A stretch of 64,000 bases of DNA from positions 70,358 through 134,357 of the forward strand of contig CAZACP010000001.1 in assembly GCA_964483665.1 (NCBI GenBank), read 5' to 3'. The stretch comes from an uncultured Candidatus Saccharibacteria bacterium. GTDB lineage: Bacteria; Patescibacteriota; Doudnabacteria; UBA920. The position numbers and the translations under genes were made by a program. How positions within the stretch are numbered: the stretch's first letter is position 1; each line of letters begins with the position of its first letter. This document shows positions 9,141 to 18,355 of this stretch, one piece after another. The notes beneath the pieces were generated by a model, which saw nothing but the letters and a program-made list of their open reading frames with translations, was not told the origin of the DNA and did not search any database.

Positions 9141-9210
9141 TTATCGTAAATGGGTACCTAAAAATGTAAAATTTGCGGCATTACCCATCAAATATAAAAA
9201 CCACCTCTTG

Positions 9211-9284
9211 TGGCAGGGGGTGTAGGAATCGAACCTACGCATACGGTTTTGGAGACCGTAGTACTACCATTATACGAACCCCCC
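9211..9284 (-). tRNA. tRNA-Trp (anticodon CCA)
   Basis: Reverse complement folds as a cloverleaf: acceptor GGGGGGT/ACCCCCT, anticodon stem ACGGT/ACCGT with loop CTCCAAA, T-arm GTAGG-TTCGATT-CCTAC, 3' CCA encoded. Confidence 0.85.
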
Positions 9285-9313
9285 ACCAGGAAAGGTGGTT
9301 TTTAATATTTTTG

Positions 9314-9508
9314 CTATTGCAAATAAATGCTAGTTTTTCTAACTTGTTCTAAGTCTTTGTTGGTTATAGGTTTTGTACTCATTAGGATTCTTCTGTCATC
9401 TACAGTCTCAAAATATAACTTCGTGCCCGGGACTATATTCATGCTTTTTCTGAGTCCCGGAGGCAAAGTTATTCGGTTTTGGGAATTTATTTTTAAATTA
9501 TAGTACAT
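9314..9508 (-). CDS. AbrB/MazE (SpoVT-AbrB) family DNA-binding protein
   Basis: 64 aa; NRITLPPGLRKSMNIVPGTKLYFE is the swapped-hairpin looped-hinge-helix motif. No toxin partner is adjacent. Confidence 0.6.
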   Translation of the reverse strand: MYYNLKINSQNRITLPPGLRKSMNIVPGTKLYFETVDDRRILMSTKPITNKDLEQVRKTSIYLQ

Positions 9509-9559
9509 AAATTTTTTGTTTAGTTTCTATTATTTTACTATAATTTAGTTCCCTAAACA

Positions 9560-9591
9560 AGATGGGAGTCTTCTATAGAAGACTCCCATCT
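9560..9591. repeat. Perfect 14-bp-arm palindrome AGATGGGAGTCTTC-tata-GAAGACTCCCATCT
   Basis: Direct reading; it lies between rpmG and the AbrB-family gene. Confidence 0.9.
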
Positions 9592-9595
9592 AAGT

Positions 9596-9763
9596 TTACT
9601 TAGTTTCTTTATGTAACTGCATTTTCTTGCAGAACTTGCAGAATTTTTTTAGTTCAAGCCTTTTGCGTTTTTGGGCGCCCAGGCTTTTTTTATTGCGCTT
9701 GGTTTGGTAATTTAAATTATGGCAAACCGTGCATTCCATATTTATAAGATGGTCTTGGGACAT
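9596..9763 (-). CDS. rpmG: 50S ribosomal protein L33
   Basis: 55-aa translation [55 protein letters not shown] has the L33 Cys pairs and the LELKKF...H.E.K motif. It is below the 60-aa cutoff of the ORF track. Confidence 0.85.
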   Translation of the reverse strand: MSQDHLINMECTVCHNLNYQTKRNKKSLGAQKRKRLELKKFCKFCKKMQLHKETK

Positions 9764-9937
9764 AGAGTTAAAATTACTTTTAACAATTAACGATTAACTA
9801 TTGACTTAAGCAAGGTTAATTGTGAATTGTAAATTGTTAATTGTTTGAATTTAAATCCCCTGGGCGTCAGGGAATCTTGTTTACATCGTTTGATCCTAAA
9901 AACGATGCGCTCGCACTGCGTAGCTTTAGCGAAGCAG

Positions 9938-10013
9938 TGGAGCCGGCTGCCAGACTCGAACTGGCCACCTACGGTTTACAAAACCGTTGCTCTACCGGAT
10001 GAGCTAAGCCGGC
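9938..10013 (-). tRNA. tRNA-Thr (anticodon TGT)
   Basis: Reverse complement GCCGGCTTAGCTCATCCGGTAGAGCAACGGTTTTGTAAACCGTAGGTGGCCAGTTCGAGTCTGGCAGCCGGCTCCA. Anticodon loop TTTGTAA, CCA encoded. Confidence 0.85.
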
Positions 10014-10149
10014 ACAAATGATCCGCTAGGCGGACAATATCACCAAATGTGACTTTGAATATTTTAACATAAATCAAATAAAATATCAATATTTAAGGTG
10101 CATTTTGCCTTTTTTTCTGTTATAATAGCTAAAAGCCTTCAAAAACTTA

Positions 10150-10593
10150 ATGACCAAAAGTTTTTATATTATTATAAAAGCCCCTATTGAAAGGGTTTTT
10201 GATGCGGTCGACAAGGAAGAAAATATTAAAAAGTGGATGGGTGGTTTGCTCAAAACGGAGTACAAAAGTTTAAAGGATGCGGAAAATCCGGTTGGCACCA
10301 AGTTTTTGCATAAAATATCGGGTTTGGCTGAAATTGAAGGAGAAGTTATAGCTTACCAAAAGCCGGTGTTGCTCGGCGTTGGACAGCATTATAAAAATGT
10401 CAGCGGTACGGTTTTTTACCACTTTAAACCTTTAGAAGACCAAAGTACGGAAATTAAATGCGACCTTGAAGTATTTGAAGGAAGCGCAGTAAAAACACTT
10501 TTAGTTAAATCCTTGTTTCCCCTTTTTGAAACTTTAATACAGCGCCAGTTAGACGGAATAAAAGCAATCGCGGAAAATGAAGATAATAATTAA
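10150..10593 (+). CDS. SRPBCC (START/Bet v1-like, AHSA1/polyketide-cyclase-like) domain protein
   Basis: 147 aa; overall pattern typical of SRPBCC ligand-binding proteins. Weak call. Confidence 0.5.
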   Translation: MTKSFYIIIKAPIERVFDAVDKEENIKKWMGGLLKTEYKSLKDAENPVGTKFLHKISGLAEIEGEVIAYQKPVLLGVGQHYKNVSGTVFYHFKPLEDQSTEIKCDLEVFEGSAVKTLLVKSLFPLFETLIQRQLDGIKAIAENEDNN

Positions 10594-10626
10594 ATTATAA
10601 ATAATTAAAATATTAGATATTTAGCT

Positions 10627-11886
10627 ATGACAAAGTTTAAAGTAAAAGACCAGTCTTTAGCCAAGCAAGGCAAAATGAAAATCGCTTTAGCGGAAAAGGA
10701 AATGCCGGTTTTGGAAATTATTAAAAATAGTTTTAAAAAAGAGCAGCCGTTTAAGGACTTAACAATTGCGGCATGTTTGCACGTAACCAAAGAGACCGCG
10801 GTTTTAATGAAGGTTTTAAAAGCCGGCGGGGCTACAGTGGCTTTGTGCGGTAGTAATCCCCTTTCCACCCAGGACGACGTAGCCGCCGCGCTTGTGGAAG
10901 AAGGTATAAACGTTTTTGCCTGGCGCGGCATAACAGACGAAAAGTACTATTGGTGTGTAAATAAAGTTTTAGACTTTCACCCACAAATTATAGTAGACGA
11001 CGGCGCGGACTTAATTTCGGTTTTGCATAAAGAGCGTAAGAGCCAGCTTAAGGAAATTTTTTCCGGCCAGGAAGAAACTACTACCGGAGTTATTCGCCTT
11101 AAGGCTATGGCCAAAGACGGCAAATTAAAATTTCCTGTAGTGGCTATAAACGACACGCCTACCAAGCATATGTTTGACAATTATTACGGCACCGGACAGT
11201 CCACTTTAGACAGCCTGTTTAGGGCGACCAATATTTTGTTTGCCGGCAAAACCGTGGTTGTGGCAGGCTACGGCTATTGCGGCAAAGGCATAGCGCTTAG
11301 GGCTAAAGGTATGGGCGCAAAGGTAATCGTAACTGAAATAGATCCTTTGCCGGCGCTGCAAGCCGCCATGGACGGTTTTGAAGTTATGCCAATGCTTAGG
11401 GCCGCCAAGCTTGGCGATGTATTTATAACCGTAACCGGCAATAAAGATGTAATTGTCAAAGAGCATATTGCTGTTATGAAAGACGGCGCAATTTTAGGCA
11501 ATAGCGGACACTTTAATGTGGAAATAAATGAGAAACATCTGCAGCAGTTAGCGGTAAGCAGTAAGCAGGTAAGAGATAATTTAATGGAATATTCGCAAAA
11601 AGATGGCAGAAAAATTTATTTAATTGGTGAAGGCAGGCTTATGAACCTAGCCGCTGCTGAAGGCCACCCTAGCGCGGTTATGGACTTAAGTTTTGCCGAC
11701 CAGGCTCTAATGTGCGAATGGCTTTCTAAGAACTATCAACATTTAGAAAAAGGCAAAGTGTTAGACGTGCCCAAAGAAGTGGATGAAAAAGTTTCAAGGC
11801 TTAAGCTGCAAGCTATGAACGTAAAAATAGACGAGCTAACTCCGGCGCAGAAAAAGTACTTGGCATCATGGACAGAAGGCACATAA
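10627..11886 (+). CDS. ahcY: Adenosylhomocysteinase (S-adenosyl-L-homocysteine hydrolase)
   Basis: 419 aa; NAD-binding GYGYCGKG motif, the conserved catalytic blocks (HxTxET...GSNPLSTQD) and the C-terminal KKYLASWTEGT-type tail. Confidence 0.9.
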   Translation: MTKFKVKDQSLAKQGKMKIALAEKEMPVLEIIKNSFKKEQPFKDLTIAACLHVTKETAVLMKVLKAGGATVALCGSNPLSTQDDVAAALVEEGINVFAWRGITDEKYYWCVNKVLDFHPQIIVDDGADLISVLHKERKSQLKEIFSGQEETTTGVIRLKAMAKDGKLKFPVVAINDTPTKHMFDNYYGTGQSTLDSLFRATNILFAGKTVVVAGYGYCGKGIALRAKGMGAKVIVTEIDPLPALQAAMDGFEVMPMLRAAKLGDVFITVTGNKDVIVKEHIAVMKDGAILGNSGHFNVEINEKHLQQLAVSSKQVRDNLMEYSQKDGRKIYLIGEGRLMNLAAAEGHPSAVMDLSFADQALMCEWLSKNYQHLEKGKVLDVPKEVDEKVSRLKLQAMNVKIDELTPAQKKYLASWTEGT

Positions 11887-11949
11887 ACAAGCTTTTAGGT
11901 ATTAGGAGTTAAGTTTAAATTATAAAAAAATAATCAGCAGCTTAATAAA

Positions 11950-11980
11950 AACAACCCTGAAGTATTCAGGGTTGTTTTTA
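11950..11980 (+). terminator. Intrinsic terminator after ahcY
   Basis: AACAACCCTGA-agtat-TCAGGGTTGTT followed by TTTTA. The 3' end abuts the tRNA-Tyr 3' end. Confidence 0.75.
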
Positions 11981-12067
11981 TGGTGGGCAGGATAGGATTC
12001 GAACCTATGAAGGCGTAAAGCCAACTGATTTACAGTCAGTCGCGTTTGACCACTTCGCTACCTGCCC
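11981..12067 (-). tRNA. tRNA-Tyr (anticodon GTA), type II with long variable arm
   Basis: Reverse complement GGGCAGGTAGCGAAGTGGTCAAACGCGACTGACTGTAAATCAGTTGGCTTTACGCCTTCATAGGTTCGAATCCTATCCTGCCCACCA. Confidence 0.85.
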
Positions 12068-12162
12068 TTACATTAAATTTTCACTTTGTTAATGATAACA
12101 ATTTTAGACAAAAAAATCAATGCCTGCCGGCTACTTACTACCCGCTACCTACTACTTACTAC

Positions 12163-14013
12163 CTACGTTATTTTCTCAAAGTTTAATCTTAGCGCATTCA
12201 AAATTACTGCCACGTCTAAAGCTTCCTGAAAAATTGCGCCTAAGATTGGCGGAATAAAGCCAAGCGAAGCTATGAACATTAAAATTATACTTACTCCCAT
12301 GCCCACAAATATACTTTGCTTGGCAAGACTAAGAGCCCGTTGGCCAATATGCAGCGCGTCGTGCACGCGTACCATATTGTTTTGGGTTATTACTACATCG
12401 GCAGCTTCTGAAGCGGCGCTGGAGCCATGCGCTCCCATGGCTATGCCGACTTCGGCGGCCGCAAGCGCGGGAGCGTCGTTAATGCCATCGCCCACCATAA
12501 CTACCGGCCTTTCCGACGTCGGCAATTCTTTTACTACCTTGACTTTGTTTTCCGGCAGCATTTCGGCTAAGAAGTTTTTCAGACCAATTTCTTTGGCAAT
12601 TTTTTCTGCCACGGCTTTTTTGTCCCCGGTAAGCATAAGGATTTTTTGAATTTTGTGTTCCCCTATTTTAGCAAACACATCTTTCATTTCCGGACGAATA
12701 ACATCGGCAAAAATTACATAACCAAGCAGCGCGTTGTTGGTAGCAGACCCTAAATACACGGGTATTTCACCCAAGCTTTCTTCAGTTTCGCGGTGGTGTT
12801 TTTCTTTTTCAGAAATTTTTATGCCTTGGTCTTCTAAATATTTTAATCTCCCGAATATATAATCAGTAGAATTTATCCTGCCTTTCACGCCATTGCCTAA
12901 ATTTTCGGCAAAATTTTCCGGGTAGTATAAATTTAATTTATCTTTGCGGGCGTGTTCGATTAGTGAGCGTGCGAAAATATGGCTGGAAAGCTGGTCTAAA
13001 GATGCGGCAAAATGCAAAACATCTTTCTCCTGAAAGCCATTGAACGCTTTAACTCCCACTACACGGGGGGTGCCTAAGGTCAAAGTACCTGTTTTGTCAA
13101 AAACGAAAGTCTTGGCTTCGCCCAAAATTTCCAAAGCCGAGCCGTTTTTTATTACAATCCCCCGGCTGGCTGCTTTGCTTATGCCCGACATCATGGCAAT
13201 GGGTGTGGCAAGAATTAAAGGACAGGGCGTTGCCACAACCAATACGGCCAAAAATCTTATTGGTTCCTGCGTTAACAGCCAGGCGCCTATGGCAATTACT
13301 AAGGTTATTGCGGTAAACCAGCCGGCGTAGCGATCGGCAAGCCTTACTACCGGCGATTTTTCTTCCTGGGCTTGCTTAACCAAATTTACAATTTTTTGGT
13401 ACTGGCTTTCTTTTGCTTCATGCGTAGCCCACATTATAAAAGCCCGATCTTTGTTTAAACTTCCGGAAAAGACCACGTTCCCGGTTTGTTTTAAAACCGG
13501 CAAGCTTTCGCCGGTTATGGCGGCTTCGTCTACGTTACTTTCGCCTTCCGCGACTATACCGTCGGTCGGAATAATTTCTCCGGGCTTAACTACCAATATA
13601 TTTCCAATTTTAACCTGACCGGCTTCAATGTCTTTTAATTCGTTGTCTTTTTTTAAATGCGCTACTGAAGGCGCGCGGGAAAGCAAATTGGTCAGTTCGC
13701 GTTTAGCGCGGTTAAGAGCATAAATTTCCAGCGCTTCGCCGCCGGAAAGCATAAGCAGTATTACGCAGCCGGCTAAATATTGGGCCTGAACAAAAGAAGT
13801 TACAATGGCTAAAATGGCAATTAAATCCACCCCAAATTCGCCTTTTAAAAGAGCTCTAAAAATTTTTACCGCAAGAGGGATGGTTCCGATTGTTAAAGTG
13901 ACCATTAAAATAATATGGTCAGCGTCTTTGTGGCCCAATAAATATAATACCCCAAATATTATTAATCCGGACAAAACCAAAGCCGGAATAATATATTCGT
14001 AAACTTTTTTCAT
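12163..14013 (-). CDS. P-type cation-transporting ATPase (P1B-like, lacking an N-terminal metal-binding domain)
   Basis: 616 aa with DKTGTLT, TGES-like, GDGINDAPAL and MVGDGINDAP motifs. The membrane helix carries ATPCPLILATP (PCP-type ion-site motif). Confidence 0.8.
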   Translation of the reverse strand: MKKVYEYIIPALVLSGLIIFGVLYLLGHKDADHIILMVTLTIGTIPLAVKIFRALLKGEFGVDLIAILAIVTSFVQAQYLAGCVILLMLSGGEALEIYALNRAKRELTNLLSRAPSVAHLKKDNELKDIEAGQVKIGNILVVKPGEIIPTDGIVAEGESNVDEAAITGESLPVLKQTGNVVFSGSLNKDRAFIMWATHEAKESQYQKIVNLVKQAQEEKSPVVRLADRYAGWFTAITLVIAIGAWLLTQEPIRFLAVLVVATPCPLILATPIAMMSGISKAASRGIVIKNGSALEILGEAKTFVFDKTGTLTLGTPRVVGVKAFNGFQEKDVLHFAASLDQLSSHIFARSLIEHARKDKLNLYYPENFAENLGNGVKGRINSTDYIFGRLKYLEDQGIKISEKEKHHRETEESLGEIPVYLGSATNNALLGYVIFADVIRPEMKDVFAKIGEHKIQKILMLTGDKKAVAEKIAKEIGLKNFLAEMLPENKVKVVKELPTSERPVVMVGDGINDAPALAAAEVGIAMGAHGSSAASEAADVVITQNNMVRVHDALHIGQRALSLAKQSIFVGMGVSIILMFIASLGFIPPILGAIFQEALDVAVILNALRLNFEKIT

Positions 14014-14023
14014 AGCAAAAATT

Positions 14024-14665
14024 TTAATTTTGGGATTTTAAACCAAAAAGTTTTTTGATTCCTAAAATTAAACTATCACGTGTCGGCTTGTTTCGCAAAA
14101 TTTGCCAAATGTTCGGCGCTATGGAAAGGATTATTATCCCAGCTACTATTGGTAGTAAGTAGCGGTCTATATTCGGTACCGTGTGGCCGAGTATGTAGCC
14201 TAAAAAAGTTAAGCCCACGGCCCATAACAAGCCGCCTATGACGTTAAAAAATAAAAAGGTTGGGTACTTCATTTTTCCTACCCCGGCTAGAATTGGGGCA
14301 AAAGTGCGCACCACGGGCACAAAGCGGGCAATAATTATGGTTTTGCCCCCGTGCTTTTCAAAAAATTCTTGCGCCTTTAAAATGTGGGACTTGTGGAAAA
14401 ACAAAGAATCTTCTTTGGTAAAAATTTTTGGGCCCATTCTTTGGCCGAACGCGTAGCCTACGCTGTCGCCCGTAACGGCCGCTACAAACAAAAGCGGCAT
14501 TAAAACCCAAATATTTAAAAATCCCTGCGAGGCCAAAAAACCGGCGGTAAACAAAAGGCTGTCGCCCGGCAAGAAAAAGCCAATTAATAATCCGGACTCT
14601 GCAAAAACAATGGCGAATAAGCCAATATACCCGGCAGTTTTAATTAAAGAAATTAAATCAAACAT
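14024..14665 (-). CDS. DedA/SNARE-associated (TVP38) family membrane protein
   Basis: 213 aa; the LPGDSLLFTAGFLA and ARFVPVVRTFAPILAG motifs are typical of DedA. Confidence 0.8.
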   Translation of the reverse strand: MFDLISLIKTAGYIGLFAIVFAESGLLIGFFLPGDSLLFTAGFLASQGFLNIWVLMPLLFVAAVTGDSVGYAFGQRMGPKIFTKEDSLFFHKSHILKAQEFFEKHGGKTIIIARFVPVVRTFAPILAGVGKMKYPTFLFFNVIGGLLWAVGLTFLGYILGHTVPNIDRYLLPIVAGIIILSIAPNIWQILRNKPTRDSLILGIKKLFGLKSQN

Positions 14666-14692
14666 AACCGTAACAGTATAGCAATTATTTGC

Positions 14693-15430
14693 TTATTTAG
14701 CCATATATTTAAGTTTTAATTTTTGATCTAATCTTTCTATAGAGTACCGCAGCATGGTTCTCGGCATTCGATGCGCATTTTGGTCTAAAAATTTAAGCAA
14801 TAAGGTTTTTGAACAACGTTTGCCGACTTCCCTTAGCATCCAACCCGCTGCTTTATGAATAAGGTCGTGCTTGTCGTTTATTAATAGTCTTGATATTTTT
14901 AATGTCCAGGCGGGATCGCCATAATAAACAAAATCAAAAGTAGAAAGAACCGCAATTCTGCGCTCCCATAAATTTTTTGATTTAGCAAGTTTTAATAAAA
15001 CGGACTTATTTTTATTTCTCAGGCATGCCCCGACAATTTTGGGAGCTGTTAAGTCTACTAAATCCCAATTATTAATATATTTGGTGTGGTTTAAATAAAA
15101 TTTATAAATATCCCTCGGCGTCATTCTGAGGCCAAGGGCATCCGAGGCCGAAGAATCTTTGCCAAGGACATCAAGCCATTTGACTAAAATAAGTAATCCA
15201 ATCAGCCTTTCTTCGTGCCAAGGGCTTTTGATTAATTCATCAACTTCTTTAAGCGAAAGGTTTTGCCAGTACTTTTTTATTAAAGCACGGGACTTTGGTA
15301 CCATTATTCCTAAAAATTTGTCGCCTTGGGCATACTCCCCTTTCCCGGTTTTAAAAAACCGCTGTAAAAGTCTGGCCTTAACAGGGTTTTTTAATTTATA
15401 TAGATCTTGCCGAAGCTGAGTTAAGCTCAT
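14693..15430 (-). CDS. DNA alkylation repair enzyme (AlkC/AlkD-like HEAT-repeat glycosylase family)
   Basis: 245 aa; N-terminal pattern ...ARLLQRFFKTGKGEYAQGDKFLGIMVPKSRALIKK matches the AlkD family consensus. Confidence 0.65.
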   Translation of the reverse strand: MSLTQLRQDLYKLKNPVKARLLQRFFKTGKGEYAQGDKFLGIMVPKSRALIKKYWQNLSLKEVDELIKSPWHEERLIGLLILVKWLDVLGKDSSASDALGLRMTPRDIYKFYLNHTKYINNWDLVDLTAPKIVGACLRNKNKSVLLKLAKSKNLWERRIAVLSTFDFVYYGDPAWTLKISRLLINDKHDLIHKAAGWMLREVGKRCSKTLLLKFLDQNAHRMPRTMLRYSIERLDQKLKLKYMAK

Positions 15431-16482
15431 TTAGTAAAGGTAGTAACAAGCATTAAAGCAAAGAGAATAAGGAAAATTAAAAGCAGGGCAAATACTACTG
15501 CGCTGGAAACCTCGGGTTTGTTAAAGTTTCTAACCAGCTCATTGCCGACCTTTTGCAAGAGGTTTGGGCTTGATTTTTTTGCTTCATCTGTTAAGGCATT
15601 TATTGAGCCTGCCATAGAAGGCAGCTTGCCGCTTAATTGGCTGATTATAAAATTAATATATTGTTTTAATTGCTCTAAATTCCCCTTGTTTTTAATTATA
15701 TTGTTGCTATAAATATAGAGTTTGGTGCCTACAAAGTCTAAGTTGTAGTTTTTGTAACTCTGGTAAATTTTATTTAAAAATTCCGGGGTAAAAATTTGCA
15801 GGGCTTCGATTTCAAACTTGTTTTCCGCGTACAAAGAAAAATGCTTTTCTAGTTCTTCCGGCAGACTGATTTTGCTTACCTTGTTAATATTGTTGTTGGA
15901 AAGGTCGTCGCCAAAATATTGCCTATCGACCAGCAAAACCATGGAGGGTACGGCTGTTTTAAAGTCTATACTCCAAACCGTTGAACTGTACGACCTAGAG
16001 CTTTTTCCGCTGCCAACAGTGTAGTAGAAGTTAAAAAGTGAAACCGGAAAGCCGTTTATTTCCCCTTGTATATAGTCGTTAATTTTTTCTGAGTGACCGA
16101 CTTTAAACAGCGCGCCGGTTTCTCTGTCCGGCGAAGAAGTTGGCTTATAGCTAAAGCCGTTTGCAGTGGCAAACTGTTTGTAAAATTCCTTTAAAAGCTT
16201 GTTTTGAATCCCCGCCAGCAATCCAAAATATACTATAATCGGTAAAAACAAAATAAATAACGACCTCGGTTCTTCCGCAATAATTCCCTGGCCAAATATT
16301 AAATACAAAGCAAAAATATAAAAAGCCGCAGTTATAAAAACTGCCGGCCGATAATAATTTTTATATTTTATTTTAAAGTATTGTAGCGCGCTCTGGTCAA
16401 CATCAACAATATTTTGGGGAATTATAAACCCGGCTCCGTCCTGGTAATTTTTAAACAGATTTTGTTCGTTTGATGTCGCCAT
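15427..16482 (-). CDS. Hypothetical membrane protein (N-terminal and C-terminal TM segments)
   Basis: 351-aa ORF with hydrophobic segments at both ends. No recognisable domain. Confidence 0.4.
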   Translation of the reverse strand: MATSNEQNLFKNYQDGAGFIIPQNIVDVDQSALQYFKIKYKNYYRPAVFITAAFYIFALYLIFGQGIIAEEPRSLFILFLPIIVYFGLLAGIQNKLLKEFYKQFATANGFSYKPTSSPDRETGALFKVGHSEKINDYIQGEINGFPVSLFNFYYTVGSGKSSRSYSSTVWSIDFKTAVPSMVLLVDRQYFGDDLSNNNINKVSKISLPEELEKHFSLYAENKFEIEALQIFTPEFLNKIYQSYKNYNLDFVGTKLYIYSNNIIKNKGNLEQLKQYINFIISQLSGKLPSMAGSINALTDEAKKSSPNLLQKVGNELVRNFNKPEVSSAVVFALLLIFLILFALMLVTTFTK

Positions 16483-16483
16483 A

Positions 16484-17065
16484 TTATGAAAACATTTCGT
16501 TGATTAGTTCCGAAATCCCTAGTCTGTCTTTTGCTGATAACGGAATTATTTTATAATCGCCCGCTGCTTCTCTTATGCCTTTAAGCTTGTTTGAAACCTC
16601 GTTCTTTTTTAGTTTGTCTATTTTATTGGCGACAATTATAACGTTTTTCCCCTCCTGCTCTAAGCTATGCAGCATTTGAAAGTCTGTTTCCGTTATGCCA
16701 ACAACGGAATCAATAATTAAAACCACTTTTTTTTGCGCGTAGTGAGAGCCAAATAAATACCAATGAATAAGCGTTTGAAGCCGCGCTTGGTCTGTTTTAG
16801 AAGCCTTGGCGTAACCATAGCCCGGCAAATCCAGCAAATAAATTTTGTTTTTGCCGGAGACGCTTAGTAAAAACAGGTTAATTTGCTGTGTGCGGCCGGG
16901 AAATGAACTGGTTTTTGCCAGGTCTTTTTGCCCGGTAATGGCATTTATTATGCTGGATTTTCCAACATTAGACCGGCCAATTAAAGCTACTTGGGGGGTT
17001 TGGTCTTCCAAACTTTCGTCTTCGCTTACTAGCCCTTTCAGAAATTTAGCGGAAGTTATATACAT
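16484..17065 (-). CDS. engB: Ribosome biogenesis GTP-binding protein YihA/EngB
   Basis: 193 aa; G1 GRSNVGKSS, G3 DLPGYG, G4 NKIDK; typical EngB size. Confidence 0.85.
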   Translation of the reverse strand: MYITSAKFLKGLVSEDESLEDQTPQVALIGRSNVGKSSIINAITGQKDLAKTSSFPGRTQQINLFLLSVSGKNKIYLLDLPGYGYAKASKTDQARLQTLIHWYLFGSHYAQKKVVLIIDSVVGITETDFQMLHSLEQEGKNVIIVANKIDKLKKNEVSNKLKGIREAAGDYKIIPLSAKDRLGISELINEMFS

Positions 17066-17070
17066 TTAGA

Positions 17071-17940
17071 TTATATGGTTACCGCTTGTCTTAAAATATT
17101 TTTGCGCGGCAAGAAACAGGTGTTGCAGCAAATTACTTTGGTCGAGGGTCTGGTGGAATCATCGTTGTAAAATTCTTCACAAGGGGTCTGGCAATACAGG
17201 CATTTGCCTATAATTTCCCTATTTTTGACTTTTGTTACCGTGGTGGTCATTCGGTTGTCAAAAACAAACAGGGAACCTTTAAAATGCTTGCCCGGATATT
17301 TTTGCATATAGGTATGTATCCCGTCTTTGAGCTGGTAAAGGTTCTGAAAGCCTTTTTCTTTTAAAAAGCAGGTGGCTTTTTCACAGCGTATGCCGCCGGT
17401 GCAGACGGCGACAACTTTTTTATTTTTTAAATGCCCTATGCTCTTAAGCTTTTGGGGCAACTCCCTAAAGTTTTGCAAATTTGGATGTACGGTTTTTTCA
17501 AATTGCCCGACATTTATTTCAAAATCGTTGCGCAAGTCTAAAACCACAAAATCTTCATTTTTTGTGTATAATTTTTCCAGCTCCGAAGCGGTCAGTGTTT
17601 TGGCAGTCTGTTTTTTAACATTGTAGGTTTTGCCTAAAGTCACCACCTCGCTTCGTACCTTTACCTGAAGTTTAGTAAAAGCTTTCCCCGTGCCTTTGCT
17701 TTCTTTAAACATAACGTCTTTAAAAAGAGGTAATTTTCTAAAAGCCCGTTTAAATTTTTTTATATTTCCATCAAGACCTTCCAAGGTTGCGTTTATCCCT
17801 TCTTTGGCAATAAGCACGCGTCCTTTTAAGTTTAAAGAGCCGCACAGCGCTTTTTGGGTTTTAAGCAGAGCTTTTGGGTTTTTAATTGCAGCGAACTTGT
17901 AAAAGAGTATAACAGTGTAGTTTTTTTTAGGTGTAGCCAT
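17071..17940 (-). CDS. trhO: Rhodanese-domain protein UPF0176 (tRNA uridine(34) hydroxylase TrhO / YceA-like)
   Basis: 289 aa; rhodanese active-site CTGGIRCEKA and a C-terminal Cys cluster CLYCQTPCE...CCNTC. Confidence 0.75.
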   Translation of the reverse strand: MATPKKNYTVILFYKFAAIKNPKALLKTQKALCGSLNLKGRVLIAKEGINATLEGLDGNIKKFKRAFRKLPLFKDVMFKESKGTGKAFTKLQVKVRSEVVTLGKTYNVKKQTAKTLTASELEKLYTKNEDFVVLDLRNDFEINVGQFEKTVHPNLQNFRELPQKLKSIGHLKNKKVVAVCTGGIRCEKATCFLKEKGFQNLYQLKDGIHTYMQKYPGKHFKGSLFVFDNRMTTTVTKVKNREIIGKCLYCQTPCEEFYNDDSTRPSTKVICCNTCFLPRKNILRQAVTI

Positions 17941-17947
17941 TGAATTA

Positions 17948-18232
17948 TTAAAAATTTTTACTTAGTAAATACAACAGAGCGATTTGCTGTATTAGCATAA
18001 GCCCTATTCCGACCGGAAAATACACCTTGCGGGTTTTGTGGTGAAATACGAATATGCCCAAAAATACGCCTAATGAGCCAAATAGCACGGCCAGTAAAAA
18101 AAATAATACTTCCGGCGACCGTTCGCCCTGTTCAAAACTTTTTTTCTTGTCAAAGCCGACTAAAGCAAAGGAAAAAATGTTTATTGCTGCCAAAGCCGGC
18201 CAAAGTAGAAATAGCGGATTTTCCATATGCAA
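17948..18232 (-). CDS. DUF1294-family small membrane protein
   Basis: 94 aa; GFDKKKS...RSPE...H..TRK pattern with two hydrophobic helices. Confidence 0.55.
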   Translation of the reverse strand: MHMENPLFLLWPALAAINIFSFALVGFDKKKSFEQGERSPEVLFFLLAVLFGSLGVFLGIFVFHHKTRKVYFPVGIGLMLIQQIALLYLLSKNF

Positions 18233-18355
18233 GTTTAATATTTTTGCATCTTAATTATACCACTTTGGCGTAATCTTGCTGGCTTTTTCAAAATAAAATC
18301 CAATAATCTGGGGCCCCTACGCTTTTACTTGTCTATTAACAAAAGGTCGGGGCAG

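Noticed and set aside
12129-12162. CTACTTACTAC direct repeat downstream of the P-type ATPase
   Set aside because: It is a short low-complexity duplicate with no partner elsewhere in the window. It is probably slippage debris.
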